From: Octopus sinensis
Taxonomy: Eukaryota
Assembly (NCBI RefSeq): GCF_006345805.1
Contig: NW_021833204.1
Span: 1-29,021 of the forward strand
Direction of reading: 5' to 3'
DNA length: 29,021 bases
A model generated the notes under the pieces. It had not been told where the DNA came from. It worked only from the letters and a program-made list of their open reading frames with translations, and did no database searches. A program made the position numbers and the translations under genes. The first letter of the stretch is position 1; the number at the start of each line of letters is the position of its first letter. Below are positions 12,105-25,433 of this stretch, piece by piece.

Positions 12105-12250
<146 letters not shown>

Positions 12251-12402
12251 TCGTTGGAATTTACGGAAAAACAAAATACGAAGACAGGCGTATAAACAAC
12301 AAGCAGGTGTATTACTTTGGCGCTCGGGAAGGTGAGAAAGTCTTTTAGGTTTCGAGCCTACGCTCTTCAGCAGAAAGGAACACGAGGAAGTCAACAGAGA
12401 AT
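12251..12402 (-). mobile_element. Short Penelope-like terminal-repeat fragment with degenerate minimal hammerhead (12342-12377)
   Basis: Minus strand: cttt-CTGcTGA-a-gagc-gtag-gctc-GAAA-cc-TA-aaag. Stem I cttt/aaag and stem II gagc/gctc pair; the core has substitutions. The island lies between simple repeats. Confidence 0.5.
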
Positions 12403-12444
12403 AATATATATAGATATAAGTAGATAGATAGGCAGATACTTACA

Positions 12445-12500
12445 TGCATGCATACATGCATACATACATACATACATACATACATACATACATACATACA

Positions 12501-12530
<30 letters not shown>
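12445..12530. repeat. (CATA)n microsatellite
   Basis: Visible. Confidence 0.96.
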
Positions 12531-12532
<2 letters not shown>

Positions 12533-12726
12533 ACTTGAAGTAATCTAGTTATCAGTTGAAATTTCCTGTTCTGAGCTCTTTCATCAGATCACATTTTTAT
12601 TCGACTCAAGTTTTTGAGGGGTTAAAATTTTTATGGGAACAAGCCATTTACAGTCTTGGACAGGAGTGAAAATATATTTTAGTATCACAATAAACTTTCG
12701 AGAATTATTGCAAAAATAAAAACCTA

Positions 12727-12953
12727 TTGGTTTCAAATTTTGGCACAAGGCCAGTAAGGTCGGGGATGAGGCTGGTCGATGATGTCAAACCCAGTATTCA
12801 AGTGGTACTTATTTCATCGCCACCACCACAAAAAGAAAAGGATTAATGGTAAGATCAACCACGACGGAATTCGAACTCACAACCAAAAAATTGGACGGAA
12901 TGCTTTTAAGAACTTTCTTCCAGTATGTTACCGATTCTGCCGGCTCGCCGCCG
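12727..12953 (-). mobile_element. Diverged family A SINE (likely donor of the 10738-10951 duplicate)
   Basis: Complete from head (ggcggcgagccggcagaatcggtaaca on minus) to the old-type tail. Confidence 0.82.
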
Positions 12954-13050
12954 TGAGAATGATGAATATATTTATTTAAAAAATGAAGCTATTCTCAATT
13001 TTCATTTCTATTATTAATTTATTATTTTTACACAGATATTTCTTTTTTAA

Positions 13051-13271
13051 CCCTTTAGCATTTAAGACGGCCATATCCGGCCAAAAGTATTCTGCCCGTT
13101 TTATGTTCAAACTGGCCAGATCTGGTCTCTCACACCAACCCTACAATATCGTTTTAGAAATTAACAGCTACCTCATCAAAATCTCAAAGCTACAAGATAA
13201 TGCCTGATTAGTTCAAGGCAATGTGGATGAAAAAGCATTAATTTTGGTAGAATAATGTGAACACTAAAGGG
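13051..13271. mobile_element. piggyBac-type MITE
   Basis: TTAA (13047-50) + CCCTTTAG ... CTAAAGGG + TTAA (13272-75). A TTAA target duplication and CCC/GGG termini are piggyBac hallmarks; 221 bp, non-coding. Confidence 0.85.
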
Positions 13272-13502
13272 TTAAACCCATAACTTGTTCCTATCCTCTA
13301 AGAGCTTCGACGGAGAGGGAAATAACACACGTGGAAAATCGATACTAATAAAAAAAAAATGGCCTGATGAATGACAAGAAAGGAAACTCGAAGTAACCAA
13401 TATGCGGAATCTGCAGTTTGTAATAATTCATTCAAACATGCACACACGCACGAATGCATATAAGCTCCACATACACACCCACGCATATATATATATATAT
13501 AT

Positions 13503-13550
<48 letters not shown>

Positions 13551-13729
13551 TCACATGCGTGTGTAAATTGCAATGGGTTACTACAACCACTCATTATTGT
13601 TGTTCGTGTTGTTGACAATGGTACTGATCGTCATTATGTTGATATTATGAATGCCGCTTGCCATTCTAATCTAAATGATAATGCAAATTATTCAGCCATA
13701 TGATATGATAGCAAACATCTACGTGTTTA

Positions 13730-14281
<552 letters not shown>

Positions 14282-14629
14282 TGCTTAGTTTATGCAGAGG
14301 CCTTGACCTTAATCGGTCGCTGTTAAAGCTAGCGTAACAGCAAGCATTTATATCATAGCTTGCTAGGTGTCTTTATTCGTTAAAATTCTCCTTTTCATTC
14401 ATTTCGGGTTGCTTTATTTTATTTTTTTACTTTATATCAGATTAATATGCAAATTCTGTAAGCAACGAATAGTACTGACGTGGAACATTCAAGGAAAATC
14501 ACTTCTTAAATATACAACAAACAGATTCATTCTTTTAGGAAACAACATTAAAATGTGAGTGTGATTATATATGTACATACATACATACAGTTGTGTGGGT
14601 GTGTGTAAGTATGTCTGTACGTATGTAAT

Positions 14630-14692
<63 letters not shown>
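14630..14692. repeat. (GATA)n microsatellite abutting retroposon 3' end
   Basis: Visible. Confidence 0.95.
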
Positions 14693-14693
<1 letters not shown>

Positions 14694-15027
14694 TGTTTCT
14701 TTATTAGCCACACAGGGCTGCACACAGACAGAACAAATTACAAGGTAGAGCTTTTCTTTTGGGGGTAAAAAAAAAAGGGGGTTGGTTTTCGATCAAAAGG
14801 GATCGTAAAAGGAAAGAAAGAGGACAAAAAAAGGGGAGGATTTTTAAAAAAAGGGGGGGAGGAAAAAAAAGAAAAGGGGAGAGGAAAAAAAGTTGATCAA
14901 TAGGGATCGTAATCACAGAAATGTCAATATGAAGTGTAAAGGGGAGGACAGGTGAGGTTTACCCGAGGAAAGAAAAGCCTGCGAAAAAGACCACGGTAAC
15001 CTCGGTCAATGAAATCACATGTTATAT
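14693..15027 (-). mobile_element. ~330-bp retroposon (LINE 3'UTR-like), copy 1
   Basis: Reverse complement of 27488-27810; pyrimidine-rich body ending ...gtggctAATAAAgaaacat followed by (atct)n. Confidence 0.8.
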
Positions 15028-15254
15028 ATTCCATATATCAACGAGGAACTCAAGACTATTGCTCAACCAACTAGAAATTGTAGCTATGTCATCCTTAAAT
15101 GATACTATGAGATTCTTTAACTATTAAGCTCAATAGCGAACCTGACTCAATCACTTTTCGTGTTGGATTTGTTGTACAACACTGATTTGGGTTTAAACAT
15201 AATAAAATGAAGTTCTGCAAAACTCTCTATAAAACCATTAATTTATACTTCTAT

Positions 15255-15387
15255 TCCACTGAGTTCAGCTTTGCCGTTCATCCTTTCGGGGACGATAAAT
15301 TAAGTACCAGTTACGCATTGGGGTCGATGTAATCGACTAATCCCCTCTCCTCAAATTTCATGCCTTGTGCCTTCAGTGGAAAGGATT
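15255..15387 (+). mobile_element. 5'-truncated family A SINE
   Basis: Central block catcctttcggggacgataaattaagtaccagttacgcattggggtcgatgtaatcgact plus tail. Confidence 0.85.
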
Positions 15388-15844
15388 AATTTATACTTCT
15401 TTCAATATTTTCAGGGCTAATGAGAACTTCAGAGAATTCAAACAGTGATCAGTGACACACTTGAAATGCTTCACTGTCGTAGGAGCTCCGTTGAACTCCT
15501 ACATCAAACGCCTTTATATTTCATTCTAACGTATACACACGCACATCTTCACACATACACACACACAAGCATACACACACATGTTTGAGCGTATACTATT
15601 TATTAATGTTGTCTCTGTTGCTGATGTTGATTAGTCCAAGTCATCGCTAGTTCAACAGACCCATGAACAAAAGCATTTCAATTATGGCAATCCACCTTTT
15701 TCTAATAGTTTTCGCGATCTCAAGATTATCCAATAAATCTAACGTTTTTAAGACACATGAGTGTTACGTGAAGTCATTTTGACCAATTTCAGGACCAATT
15801 TCAGGACTGCAAAGAGACTCTGCCAGTGGCTAAAATATAAAATC

Positions 15845-16037
15845 CTTTCTTATTTTAGCACAACGCTAGTAATTTTGAGGGGATATGTAAGTCGATTACA
15901 TCGACCCAAGTACCCGAGTAGTACTTATTTTATCGACCCTGAAATGATAATGAGCAAAGCTGACCTCGGCAAAATCTGAACTTGAAAGTAAAAACGGACG
16001 AAATGCTAAGTATATAGATCGGTATGCTAACGATTCT
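15845..16037 (-). mobile_element. Diverged family A SINE
   Basis: Reverse-complement match to body; head interrupted by the adjacent younger copies. Confidence 0.75.
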
Positions 16038-16458
16038 TATTTCTTTATTGCTCATAAGTGGCTAAACACAGAGGGGACAAACAAGGACAGACAAACGGAT
16101 TAAGTCGATTATATCGACCCAGTGCGTAACTGGTACTCAATTTATCGATCCCAAAAGGATAAAAGGCAAAGTCGACCTTGGTGGATTTGAACTCAAAACG
16201 TAGCGGCAGACGAAATACCTATTACTATTTCTTTATTACCCGCAAGGGGCTAAACACAGAGGGAACAAACAAGGAGAGACAAACGGATTAAGTCGATTAT
16301 ATCGACCCCAGTGCGTAATTGGTACTTATTTAATCGACCCCGAAAGGATGAAAGGCAAAGTCGACCACGGCGGAATTTGAACTCAGAACGTAACGACAGA
16401 CGAAATACCGCTAAGCATTTCGCTCGGCGTGCTAACGATTCTGCCAGTTTGACGCCTT
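16038..16458 (-). mobile_element. Head-to-tail dimer of young family A SINEs
   Basis: Full copy 16226-16458 followed (on minus) by a second body+tail 16038-16219 starting at ggtatttcgtc. Confidence 0.9.
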
Positions 16459-16906
16459 CAATGGTTAAAATGTATAATAGAGCCAGTTGATGCATGTGTC
16501 TATAGCCTGCTCACAGCAAACTATAGTTTTGTACCAATGTATGCAAAATATATATTGACATCTTATGATGTTGAATAAATGATTGAAATATTTTCCTGGG
16601 TGGAGGGGTTTGTCCAGAAATTGTAAAATCTGGTATACATGAGACTCGGACTATACAGATTTTCGCGAAACGATGTTTTTGTTTACATGAACTCTTCTGC
16701 CTGACTATCTATCTTTTTAAAGCCTAAAAATAATGTAAGATAATGTCGATCACCGGTGGATTGGAACTCGGAAGCTTTTGCCATTCTGTCGAATTACATA
16801 ACAGTTTAGAAACAGGGCTAGATTTTTTTAGGGTAGAGCCTAGTCGATGCCAACGAAGCCAGTACTAGATGGTACTTCATTTTGAAAGCCAAAGAGAATG
16901 AGGAGT

Positions 16907-17267
16907 GGCGCAGGAGTGGCTGTGTGGTAAGTAGCTTGCTAACCAACCACATGGTTCCGGGTTCAGTCCCACTGCGTGGCATCTTGGGCAAGTGTCTTCT
17001 GCTATAGCCCCGAGTCGACCAATGCCTTGTGAGTGGATTTGGTAGACGGAAACTGAAAGAAGCCTGTCGTATATATGTATATATATACATATATATGTGT
17101 GTGTTTGCCTCCCTAGCATTGCTTGACAACTGATGCTGGTGTGTTTACGTCCCCGTCATCTAGCGGTTCAGCAAAAGAGATCGATGGAATGAGTACTGGG
17201 CTTACAAAGAATAAGTCCCGGGGTCGATATGCTCGACTGAAACAAGTAAAAGAGTAAAAAGAGTAAA
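16907..17267 (+). mobile_element. Family B SINE inserted into an old family A copy
   Basis: Well-conserved family B sequence; flanks 16815-16900 and 17268-17325 are the two halves of a minus-strand family A relic, with agaatga repeated on both sides. Confidence 0.9.
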
Positions 17268-17341
17268 GAATGAAGGGCGGTGTTGACTTCGACACGATTT
17301 GAACTTAGAACGTAAAGACGTGAAATAAAAACTAATAATAA

Positions 17342-17510
17342 TTGTTTCAACTTTTGGTACATGCGAGAAATTTCTGGTTAGGGAGTTAGGTGATTGCATC
17401 GACCCGAGCAGTTGACTGATACTTTATTTTATCGATCCAGAAAGAATGAAAACCAAAGTTAATCATGGCTGTATTTGAACTCACGATGCAGAGAGTCGGA
17501 AAGAAGTATC
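17342..17510 (-). mobile_element. Diverged family A SINE
   Basis: Degenerate tail, central block and B box on minus strand. Confidence 0.7.
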
Positions 17511-17648
17511 ACAAAGAGCCCGAACCAAGATGATAATTGTTTCAGGTTTTAAGCAAAAAATATTTTTGATTTCCTATAAAACTGTAAACAATTTTATTTT
17601 CAAACCGAAGTGGCGTCCCTTGCAAATGTACATAAGACCCCTTTGTAT

Positions 17649-17649
<1 letters not shown>

Positions 17650-17703
<54 letters not shown>

Positions 17704-17742
17704 TAATAACATATAATAATAATAATTAATAATAATAATAAT

Positions 17743-17789
<47 letters not shown>

Positions 17790-18080
17790 TAATAATAATA
17801 ATAATAATATAACATAATAATAATAACAATAACATATAATAATAATAATATAATATAATAATAATAATATAATAATAATAATAATATAATAATAATGATA
17901 ATGATAATAATATAACATATAACATACAGAAAATTGCACTACTAGGCACTGCACGCATCCTACGCAGAACACTTTCCATACAATAACCATCAGAGCATCA
18001 CAACAAATCACAGCACATACCCAAGGCACACAGAGCTGCGCTCGGTAGTGAAGTGAAAGCACGCTATAAAAATAAAACTA

Positions 18081-18151
<71 letters not shown>

Positions 18152-18155
18152 TAAT
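17650..18155. repeat. (TAA)n microsatellite, split by a LINE 3' fragment
   Basis: TAA arrays at ~17650-17910 and 18084-18155. Confidence 0.95.
17912..18083 (+). mobile_element. 3' end of an R4/Dong-clade non-LTR retrotransposon
   Basis: 17921-17986 reads NIQKIALLGTARILRRTLSIQ*, matching the Q(K)xxLLGTAxILRxxL C-terminus of R4/Dong/Rex6 ORFs, then a ~97-nt 3'UTR. Embedded in (TAA)n, the known Dong target. Confidence 0.82.
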
Positions 18156-18745
18156 TGTTTCAGATTTTGGCACAGTTTTAAGGGGAGTGAATTAGGCGAT
18201 TACATTGACCACATTGAGTTGATTTTACTCTTACTTTTTCGGTCTCAGGAGGATGAAAGGCAAAGTAAAATCGACCACGGTGAGATCAGAACTCACAATG
18301 CAAAGAACCGGAGCAAGCATCGTAATGTATTTTCCTCAACGCTCTTCTACAATTCTGCTAATCACGTTTTGAGCGAAGGCAAACGGAATAATCGTGTATA
18401 ATACCCCAATATTTGACTGGTATATATTTTATCGGTCTGATAACGATGAAAAGGAAGGTCGATTCTAGTTCAGAATATAAAGCGATGTAACTAAATGCTG
18501 CAAAGAATTTAATCCGTCGCTCTAACGTTTCCGCTATTCACCGCCCGCCCCCACCTCAGAATAATTATAATAAAAATAATATAAATAACAGTTATATTGA
18601 CTAAGTGCAAAGTCTATTTGTTCTAGAGTATCAGTTGCAATGGATTACATCCATTTCAGATATATTCATGATTCTTATATTATCGACCCTACTCTGATGA
18701 AAAGAAAAAAGCTGATCTCAGCATGAACTGAACTCAGAATCGTCG
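18154..18745 (-). mobile_element. Cluster of about three highly diverged family A SINEs
   Basis: Degenerate repeats of the ...tttatcg....ga..gatgaaa...gtcga......gaactcagaa pattern at ~18154-18362, ~18400-18545, ~18610-18745. Confidence 0.65.
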
Positions 18746-19349
18746 AGGCAATAGACTACTTAGTGCGCATGCCTTCCCTCCCCCTCCCCACTCCCTGCAC
18801 CACCCTCTCTCACTCTCTCGTTCTCTTTATTTGTTTTTATTTGTTTATTTCTATCTTTTTTTTTTCTGTATCGTTCGCTCTTGTCTCGGCCATCAGATAC
18901 ATATAAAGAAGGCTCATCAAACTGAAAACATCGACAAGCCCTTATAAAACTAGCAGCTGTGTGACAGAGAAATGATAAGAATCTCGATTTCATTCTACAG
19001 AAAGCTAATCTCCCCCATTCATACGCAGTTTTCGCTTGTGTGATCACATATATAGATAGTCTCTAGATATCATGTAACGTGAAATGGTCAGATTCGCTTC
19101 CAAATACATACATCATACGGACGACACATACATACATACATATATACATACATACATACATACATACATACATACATACATACATACATACATACATACA
19201 TACATACATAATTATGTAAAAAGCGAGCATACACAAACTCATACACTGATACGTTAGTATTCATACAAATACACACACAAATTCGTTTATACAAACACAT
19301 CCATTATTTTCTGTTAGCTATTTTCCACAAGTATACACGCTTTCTCCGT

Positions 19350-19432
19350 TGTCTTCTTTTTCATTCCTTCCTTCCTTCCTTCATTCTTTCTTTCTTTCTT
19401 TATGTCATATATCGTTCATCTCCCTCTGCTTG

Positions 19433-19465
<33 letters not shown>

Positions 19466-19655
19466 CATCTCTTTCTCTCTCTCTCTTTTCTCTCTCCATC
19501 TCTTTCTCTCTCCCTCTTTTCTCTCGCCATCTCTTTCTCTCTCTCTCTTTTCTCTTTCTCCTCTCTCTTTTCTTTTTTTGTTTTTTCTTTCTTTTTTCTT
19601 TTTTTTCCCTTTTCCCTCCATCTCTTTCTCTTCTCTCTCTCTTTCTCTCTCTCTA
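19350..19655. repeat. (CT)n/(CTTT)n polypyrimidine microsatellite
   Basis: Visible. Confidence 0.95.
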
Positions 19656-19683
19656 TCGGCGTGTGTGTGTGCATTTTATATAT

Positions 19684-19823
19684 ATTTCTTTACTACCCAG
19701 GGGGCTAAACACAGAGGGGACAAACAAGGACATACAAACGGATTAAGTCGATTATATCGACCCCAGTGTGTAACTGGTACTTAATTTATCGACCCCGAAA
19801 GGATGAAAGGCAAAGTCGACCTC
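19684..19823 (-). mobile_element. 5'-truncated young family A SINE
   Basis: Near-identical to 16226-16370. Confidence 0.92.
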
Positions 19824-20576
19824 GTTTTATATATGTGTGTATATGTATATATAATATATATATATATATGTGTGTGTGTATGTATATATATATATATATG
19901 TATGTATACATACATTTGCATGCATTTATGTGTGTATGTATACTGATCAACTGAACCTATGATAAGAGGCGCTCCATCTATGACTATCTCTCTTTTTGTA
20001 TATATAGAACTACATATGAAATTTTCTGAGGTCTCCCGGCAACCCTGCGGCCGGTTATAGTCTTCTAGTCTGAGGATGCGAAAACGATAAGCTATATCGA
20101 GCTTACAGACTCGTGGCAGGTAGGGTACGACCAAGCCTTAGAATAAAGAAAATGAAATCCCAGAAAATCCTGCATGATTACAGTAAGAAAGGATGGGAAC
20201 CTGTCGACTACGGCAGTGGTGGGGGGGGGGTAGCCTGCCAATTTGGTAGGAGGGGATAGCCTGCCCATGCGGTAGGGAGAATGCTAATAACCATTAGAAA
20301 AACAAAGAGAGAGAGAAACGAAGGTGCATACAGAATGGAAAAGACATCGGAGAGATCTTCTAGCTGGCAATGGAGCATGATGGAGTAGTTATGCTTAGGG
20401 ACTAGAATAGAAGACATGCAGTGACACGGCTACTATTGCCGTCGGCCTAAAACGTGGGTTTGACGGTTAAGATTTGAACTACCCAGTGATACTTCGATGC
20501 CATTGTTGCATCATCTCTACTCTTAGTCAAGACTACATTCACCAAACACAATCATTCTGGCTCTGATATATCACAG

Positions 20577-20643
<67 letters not shown>

Positions 20644-20785
20644 CGTATATATATAATCAAAATAAGCAACAAAAATGACTCTGGTGATTATAATCAGCCC
20701 ACGGATTTTTATGGATAACACCATGCAGAATTCTGGTGCATTTAAATTAAGTACCATATTCATTTGAATCTGAATTTTTGATGAA

Positions 20786-20836
<51 letters not shown>

Positions 20837-21086
20837 TTGTGTTTATGTGGTGTCTGCGTGCGCGTGCATATAGGTATGTATGTTTGCATATCTATATGTA
20901 ATGTATATGTACGCTTCATTATGTCAAACAAATGAGGAAGGAGTGCTCAATACATGTAGTGTGTGTTTTCTTTCTGTAACAACATTCTTTCAATTACAGT
21001 ATGACAAATTCCACACGTAATACATACATAAATACATATTACATACATACACACACACATGTATATATAATTAATATATCTATATA

Positions 21087-21196
<110 letters not shown>

Positions 21197-21289
21197 CGTT
21201 TGTATCACTTCCGTGGCTGATTTCTTCAGGGTGGTGGGATTTCATATCACCATACTTGTATGCGGTTTTTCCCATGTTTGTTGACTGAT

Positions 21290-21426
21290 TTAGTGTATAG
21301 GAGAGTTTAAAACAGCAGCTTTTTTCCGTACCTCATGCCGGGCTGTTGGTTCACCCGATATCTTGGATAGGAGAATATCCAGTTACTTTTTGAAGTCATC
21401 CATATCTACATTGTATAGTTTCTTTA

Positions 21427-21499
<73 letters not shown>

Positions 21500-22593
21500 T
21501 GTAGGGCATTGAAGAACTCTATGCTTTTGAACCTTAAACTATTACAGTATCAGGCTCTGACTTTACATGGGTTTGACGGTAAATTTGGTACAAAGCAATG
21601 GCGTCCACTTCGGGCATTTGTGTAACACGCGATGCCGAAAATGAGTACTAGCTCCTCTAGTATGGTCCATATGTGAATTAATACATTCCTGTCGTATCTT
21701 CGCTGCAGGGATTAAAATCGTAGTTTTTTTCAGCCCCTGTTACTGCTCTGTTACTGCCCTTTTTTTGTAATGACTGCTACAAGCTCGTTGTTAGTTTATC
21801 GGTATGTGGTGACCACAGCTGAGAGCAATAGTCCAGAGAGCTGAGAACAAATGTACCCCACAGAGTGAATACTACGTTTTGATCTCTTGTCTTAGTATCT
21901 ATCCTGTCGTTTGTCTGCACTTTGTTGGTAATATGCATATGAAATTATATATTATTACAGATACTGATCCTCTAGTTTCTACTGTCTGTGATTTGGGATG
22001 GCAGTGATTTCAAATCTTGTATATATCTATGAAGGCTGCAGTTCATTTGTGGGCTGATAGCGCAGTGCTTGAAATTTTCCAGCATTAAAATGTATGCTGG
22101 TTTCTTCGGTCACCTTGTAAATTGTATTTAGGTGCAGCTGTAAGCTTGCGACTTTGTCTGGGTTCTTTATTGCCTGTGAAATTATCACAGTGGCTATCTG
22201 AGTGACCATTGATATGTCTAAAAGAGTGATTACAAACACTAAAGGGTCCAAGACAGTTCCCTGGGGGTCGCTACTCAGAATTTATGTTTCCGCAGGTAGG
22301 GCACGCACCGTTGGTTGCAACTGTCTGTTATCCGGTTACTCACTCAGTTTACCAACTCTGCTAAAATTTCGCAGCCAGTGACACATGCCATGATCCACTT
22401 TATCAGAGGACTTTGCTATGTCAAGATATGTCACATCGACATCTCAGCAGTCAAGCTACTGCTCCAAAACACAGCCAGTCACAGTGTGATGAAAGCTGAA
22501 TGAGGACGGAAGCCATGCAGGGTAATTTTCAATTTGTCATCTCCTTCTAGGAACATTATCAGCTTCTTTCTGATTATTCGTTCCATAAATTTA

Positions 22594-22636
<43 letters not shown>

Positions 22637-22647
22637 GTGTGTGTGTG

Positions 22648-22682
<35 letters not shown>

Positions 22683-22870
22683 GAGAGAGAGAGAAAGAGA
22701 GAGGGACATATGCATATGTTCATTTCCAAATCTCTTAAGTTTGTAAAGAGGTTTCGCTAAAACCTGCTTATATGACATTAGGGGATTAGCTGGGAAAGCA
22801 TCGGTATCTGTTGCTGAGCTAAAGCTCATTTCGTCTTTGACCGCTGTTACATCCGCCTCTTCAACACCCG

Positions 22871-22872
<2 letters not shown>
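21290..22872 (-). pseudogene. Decayed LINE ORF2 (reverse transcriptase; CR1/L2-like), 5'-truncated and broken by microsatellites
   Basis: Minus-strand fragments in correct order: DVTAVKDEMSFSSATDTDAFPA..KQVLAKPL; SKFMERIIRKKLI.FLE..KL...LHGFRP; SSDPQGTVLDPLVF (from SGVPQGTVLGPL); LQLHLNTIY......IHFNAGKFQAL; C-terminal LDILLSKISGEPT...AAVLNSPIH*. The catalytic YADD is deleted; stops and frameshifts are present. Confidence 0.85.
21431..21499. repeat. (TTA)n microsatellite inside LINE relic
   Basis: Visible. Confidence 0.96.

Positions 22873-22873
<1 letters not shown>

Positions 22874-22949
<76 letters not shown>
22874..22949. repeat. (CA)n microsatellite
   Basis: Visible, pure. Confidence 0.97.
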
Positions 22950-22951
<2 letters not shown>

Positions 22952-23431
22952 TGTATATGCTTATTTTCAGATATCATGTTTTCGTGATTTCTTTTCTCAC
23001 TCTTCTAATACTTTCTCTCTTATTGCTATTTCTTATGAATAAAATCAAATACACATTGTAGGGAATCGAAATGAAGACGCTGTATTCACAACATTTCAGG
23101 ATCGATAAATAAAGTATAAGTCTTGTATTTGATCAACTGAATTCGGTTGATCGAGTTACTGAATAATTACCTTAAAAAGTGGCTGAGAATTCACCAGAAA
23201 CAAAACAGCTAACTATGGATTCGGCTTCATAGCTCTCATTGAATTTAAACCTGTAACAACATATTCTGTTATTTTAATTTTTTTTCAAGATTTTCACTTA
23301 TTTTACCGATTATGAGAAATTCAAAGAGTTCAAATCGTGATCAGTTTTACTTTCCAAATGCTTCTCTCTGGAAGGAGCTACATTGAACTCTTGCTGTAAG
23401 CGTTTGGTATTTTAAATATACATACAATTCA

Positions 23432-23860
<429 letters not shown>

Positions 23861-23977
23861 TTATAACAGCTAGCAGAAAGGATGCATTTAGTGTTACCGT
23901 CTCTTGTTGAAGCTTTGTGACATGCCGACGAACTTTATCTCGCAAACCAGCAATTAGTTGCTGTTAGCACTGATAAT

Positions 23978-24288
23978 CACCGTGATCACCGTGACCGAGC
24001 AGGCTATCAGATGTTGCTACACATCGCTAGTCACAATTCGCTTCGCATTGTTTTAGCCTTCAAATGACGCCACCCCGCTGGCTAAGTGAGCGGGCCAACA
24101 GAAGAAAGAGTGAGAGAACGTTGTGGCGAAAGAGTACAGCAGAGATCGCCTCTACCCCTTGCCGGAGCCTCGTGGAGCTTTAGGTGTTTTTGCGCAATAA
24201 ACACTCACAACGCCCGGTCTGGGAATCGAAACCGCGATCCTATGACCGCGAGTCCGCTATCGTAACCACTGGGCCATTGAGCCTCCAC
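23978..24288 (-). mobile_element. Full-length tRNA(Arg-like)-derived SINE, family C (octopus OR-type, tentative), with 12-bp TSD
   Basis: Minus head gtggaggctcaatggcccagtggtta...ggtttcgattccc; tail (cacggtgat)n; perfect TSD agcactgataat at 23966-77 and 24289-300. Confidence 0.92.
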
Positions 24289-24369
24289 AGCACTGATAAT
24301 AATGGCCCAAAATATCTGAAGTAGTGTCATAAAAAGAAAATTACAACCCCTATCAATTCTCTATTGAAT

Positions 24370-24650
24370 ATCTGTCCAACTAGTTTCCTTCTTAAGCCAT
24401 ATACATTACCCTAAATGGTTTCCATTAATAGAAACTTTCATTCTGGGAGATAGTGAGAATCTGTTTCGATATATACCTTCCAAGTAGGATTTGAATTTTA
24501 GAAAGAGGGAAGTGTCGCAAGAGGTGAGATCAAGGGGACATGGTGGTTATCGAACCTAGGGAGTGTTGTTCTTGGCCAAAACTGCTGCACAAGCTGGGCT
24601 GAATGGGTAGGTATCTTGTTACGGTAGATTTGCCACTCACCGGAATCATC
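24370..24650 (-). pseudogene. mariner-type transposase relic (C-terminal half of catalytic domain)
   Basis: Minus strand: WQIYRNKIPTHSAQLVQQF..KNNTP (cf. W.LHHDNAP.H), then PPCPLDLTSCDTSLFLKFKSYLEG at 24546 onward (cf. HPPYSPDLAP.D..LF..LK..L.G); frameshifts and stops. Confidence 0.72.
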
Positions 24651-24953
24651 CAATTCTGTCCGTCAGCCACACTCTTCATACTTTATTTCCAAGCATTGCT
24701 ATAAACAACAGATGTGATTGAAAATTTTATAACTTAGTGTGCATGCGTGACAGAGTTCAAGGTCAATATGTACCAATCAGCTTCACTCTGCATGCTTTAG
24801 CTCCATTACCATTGCTATAGTTCCGATTCTTTTTGATCAGACCTAGCATGTATAAATAATCACAATACAATAGCACGGAAAGCATTCTTACAATACCCTC
24901 AAATGTCACATAAACGGCAACATTTTATATGTAGTGTAAGTTATTCAACACTA

Positions 24954-25433
24954 CGAGGGGTTGCTGAAAAGTTTCTGGCCTTAAGGGTATCATGAAAAAC
25001 CTGCTTGGAGGCCCAATATTCCAAGTTCGTTTACAGGGCTTAGAAAAGATAAAGGACCGTTGCAATAAATGCGTGAATGTGGTAGGAGAAAATGTTGAAT
25101 AAAATCATAACTAATTAATCTTTGTTTTTGGATTTGGCTTGCAAGATTCTTTATAAGAGTTCGTGCGTTGAAGCATATTCTATTGTGTCTGGGGAGAGTC
25201 CTTTTCTTCTTGTGCCTTATAATGTAACACACTCACTATTTAAAAAGTAATATCCGCTACTACGCAATGGAACGAAAATTTTAGAAAAATAAAAATAAGA
25301 ATAAGTGGAAATTTTACCGGTGAGTGTCTTAAGTTATAAGGCACAAAAAGAAAATTACTCTCTCGAGACACAACAGAATAATTAATCTTCTATTTTCTTT
25401 TAAACAAAGCCAGAAATGTTTCAGCACCCCTTG
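24954..25433 (+). mobile_element. Internally deleted mariner element with TA TSD
   Basis: TA|cgaggggttgctgaaaagtttctggc ... gccagaaatgtttcagcaccccttg|TA; 25031-25102 encodes LQGLEKIKDRCNKCVNVVGENVE*, a typical mariner transposase C-terminus. Confidence 0.87.
25123..25378. mobile_element. Fold-back insertion nested in the mariner element
   Basis: ~60-bp inverted arms (25176-25236 vs 25320-25380); flanked by 11-bp direct repeat taattaatctt (25112-22, 25379-89). Confidence 0.7.

Noticed and set aside
13358-13402. Hammerhead-like ctgatga...gaaactcgaagta
   Set aside because: Core words and a near-palindromic stem III are present, but stem II does not pair and stem I is poor; cannot be told from chance or a very decayed copy.
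20066-20112. ctgagga...gaaa motif with hairpin
   Set aside because: Only 3 nt between core halves, so no stem II; better explained as a simple hairpin (agtctg/cagact, taagct/agctta).
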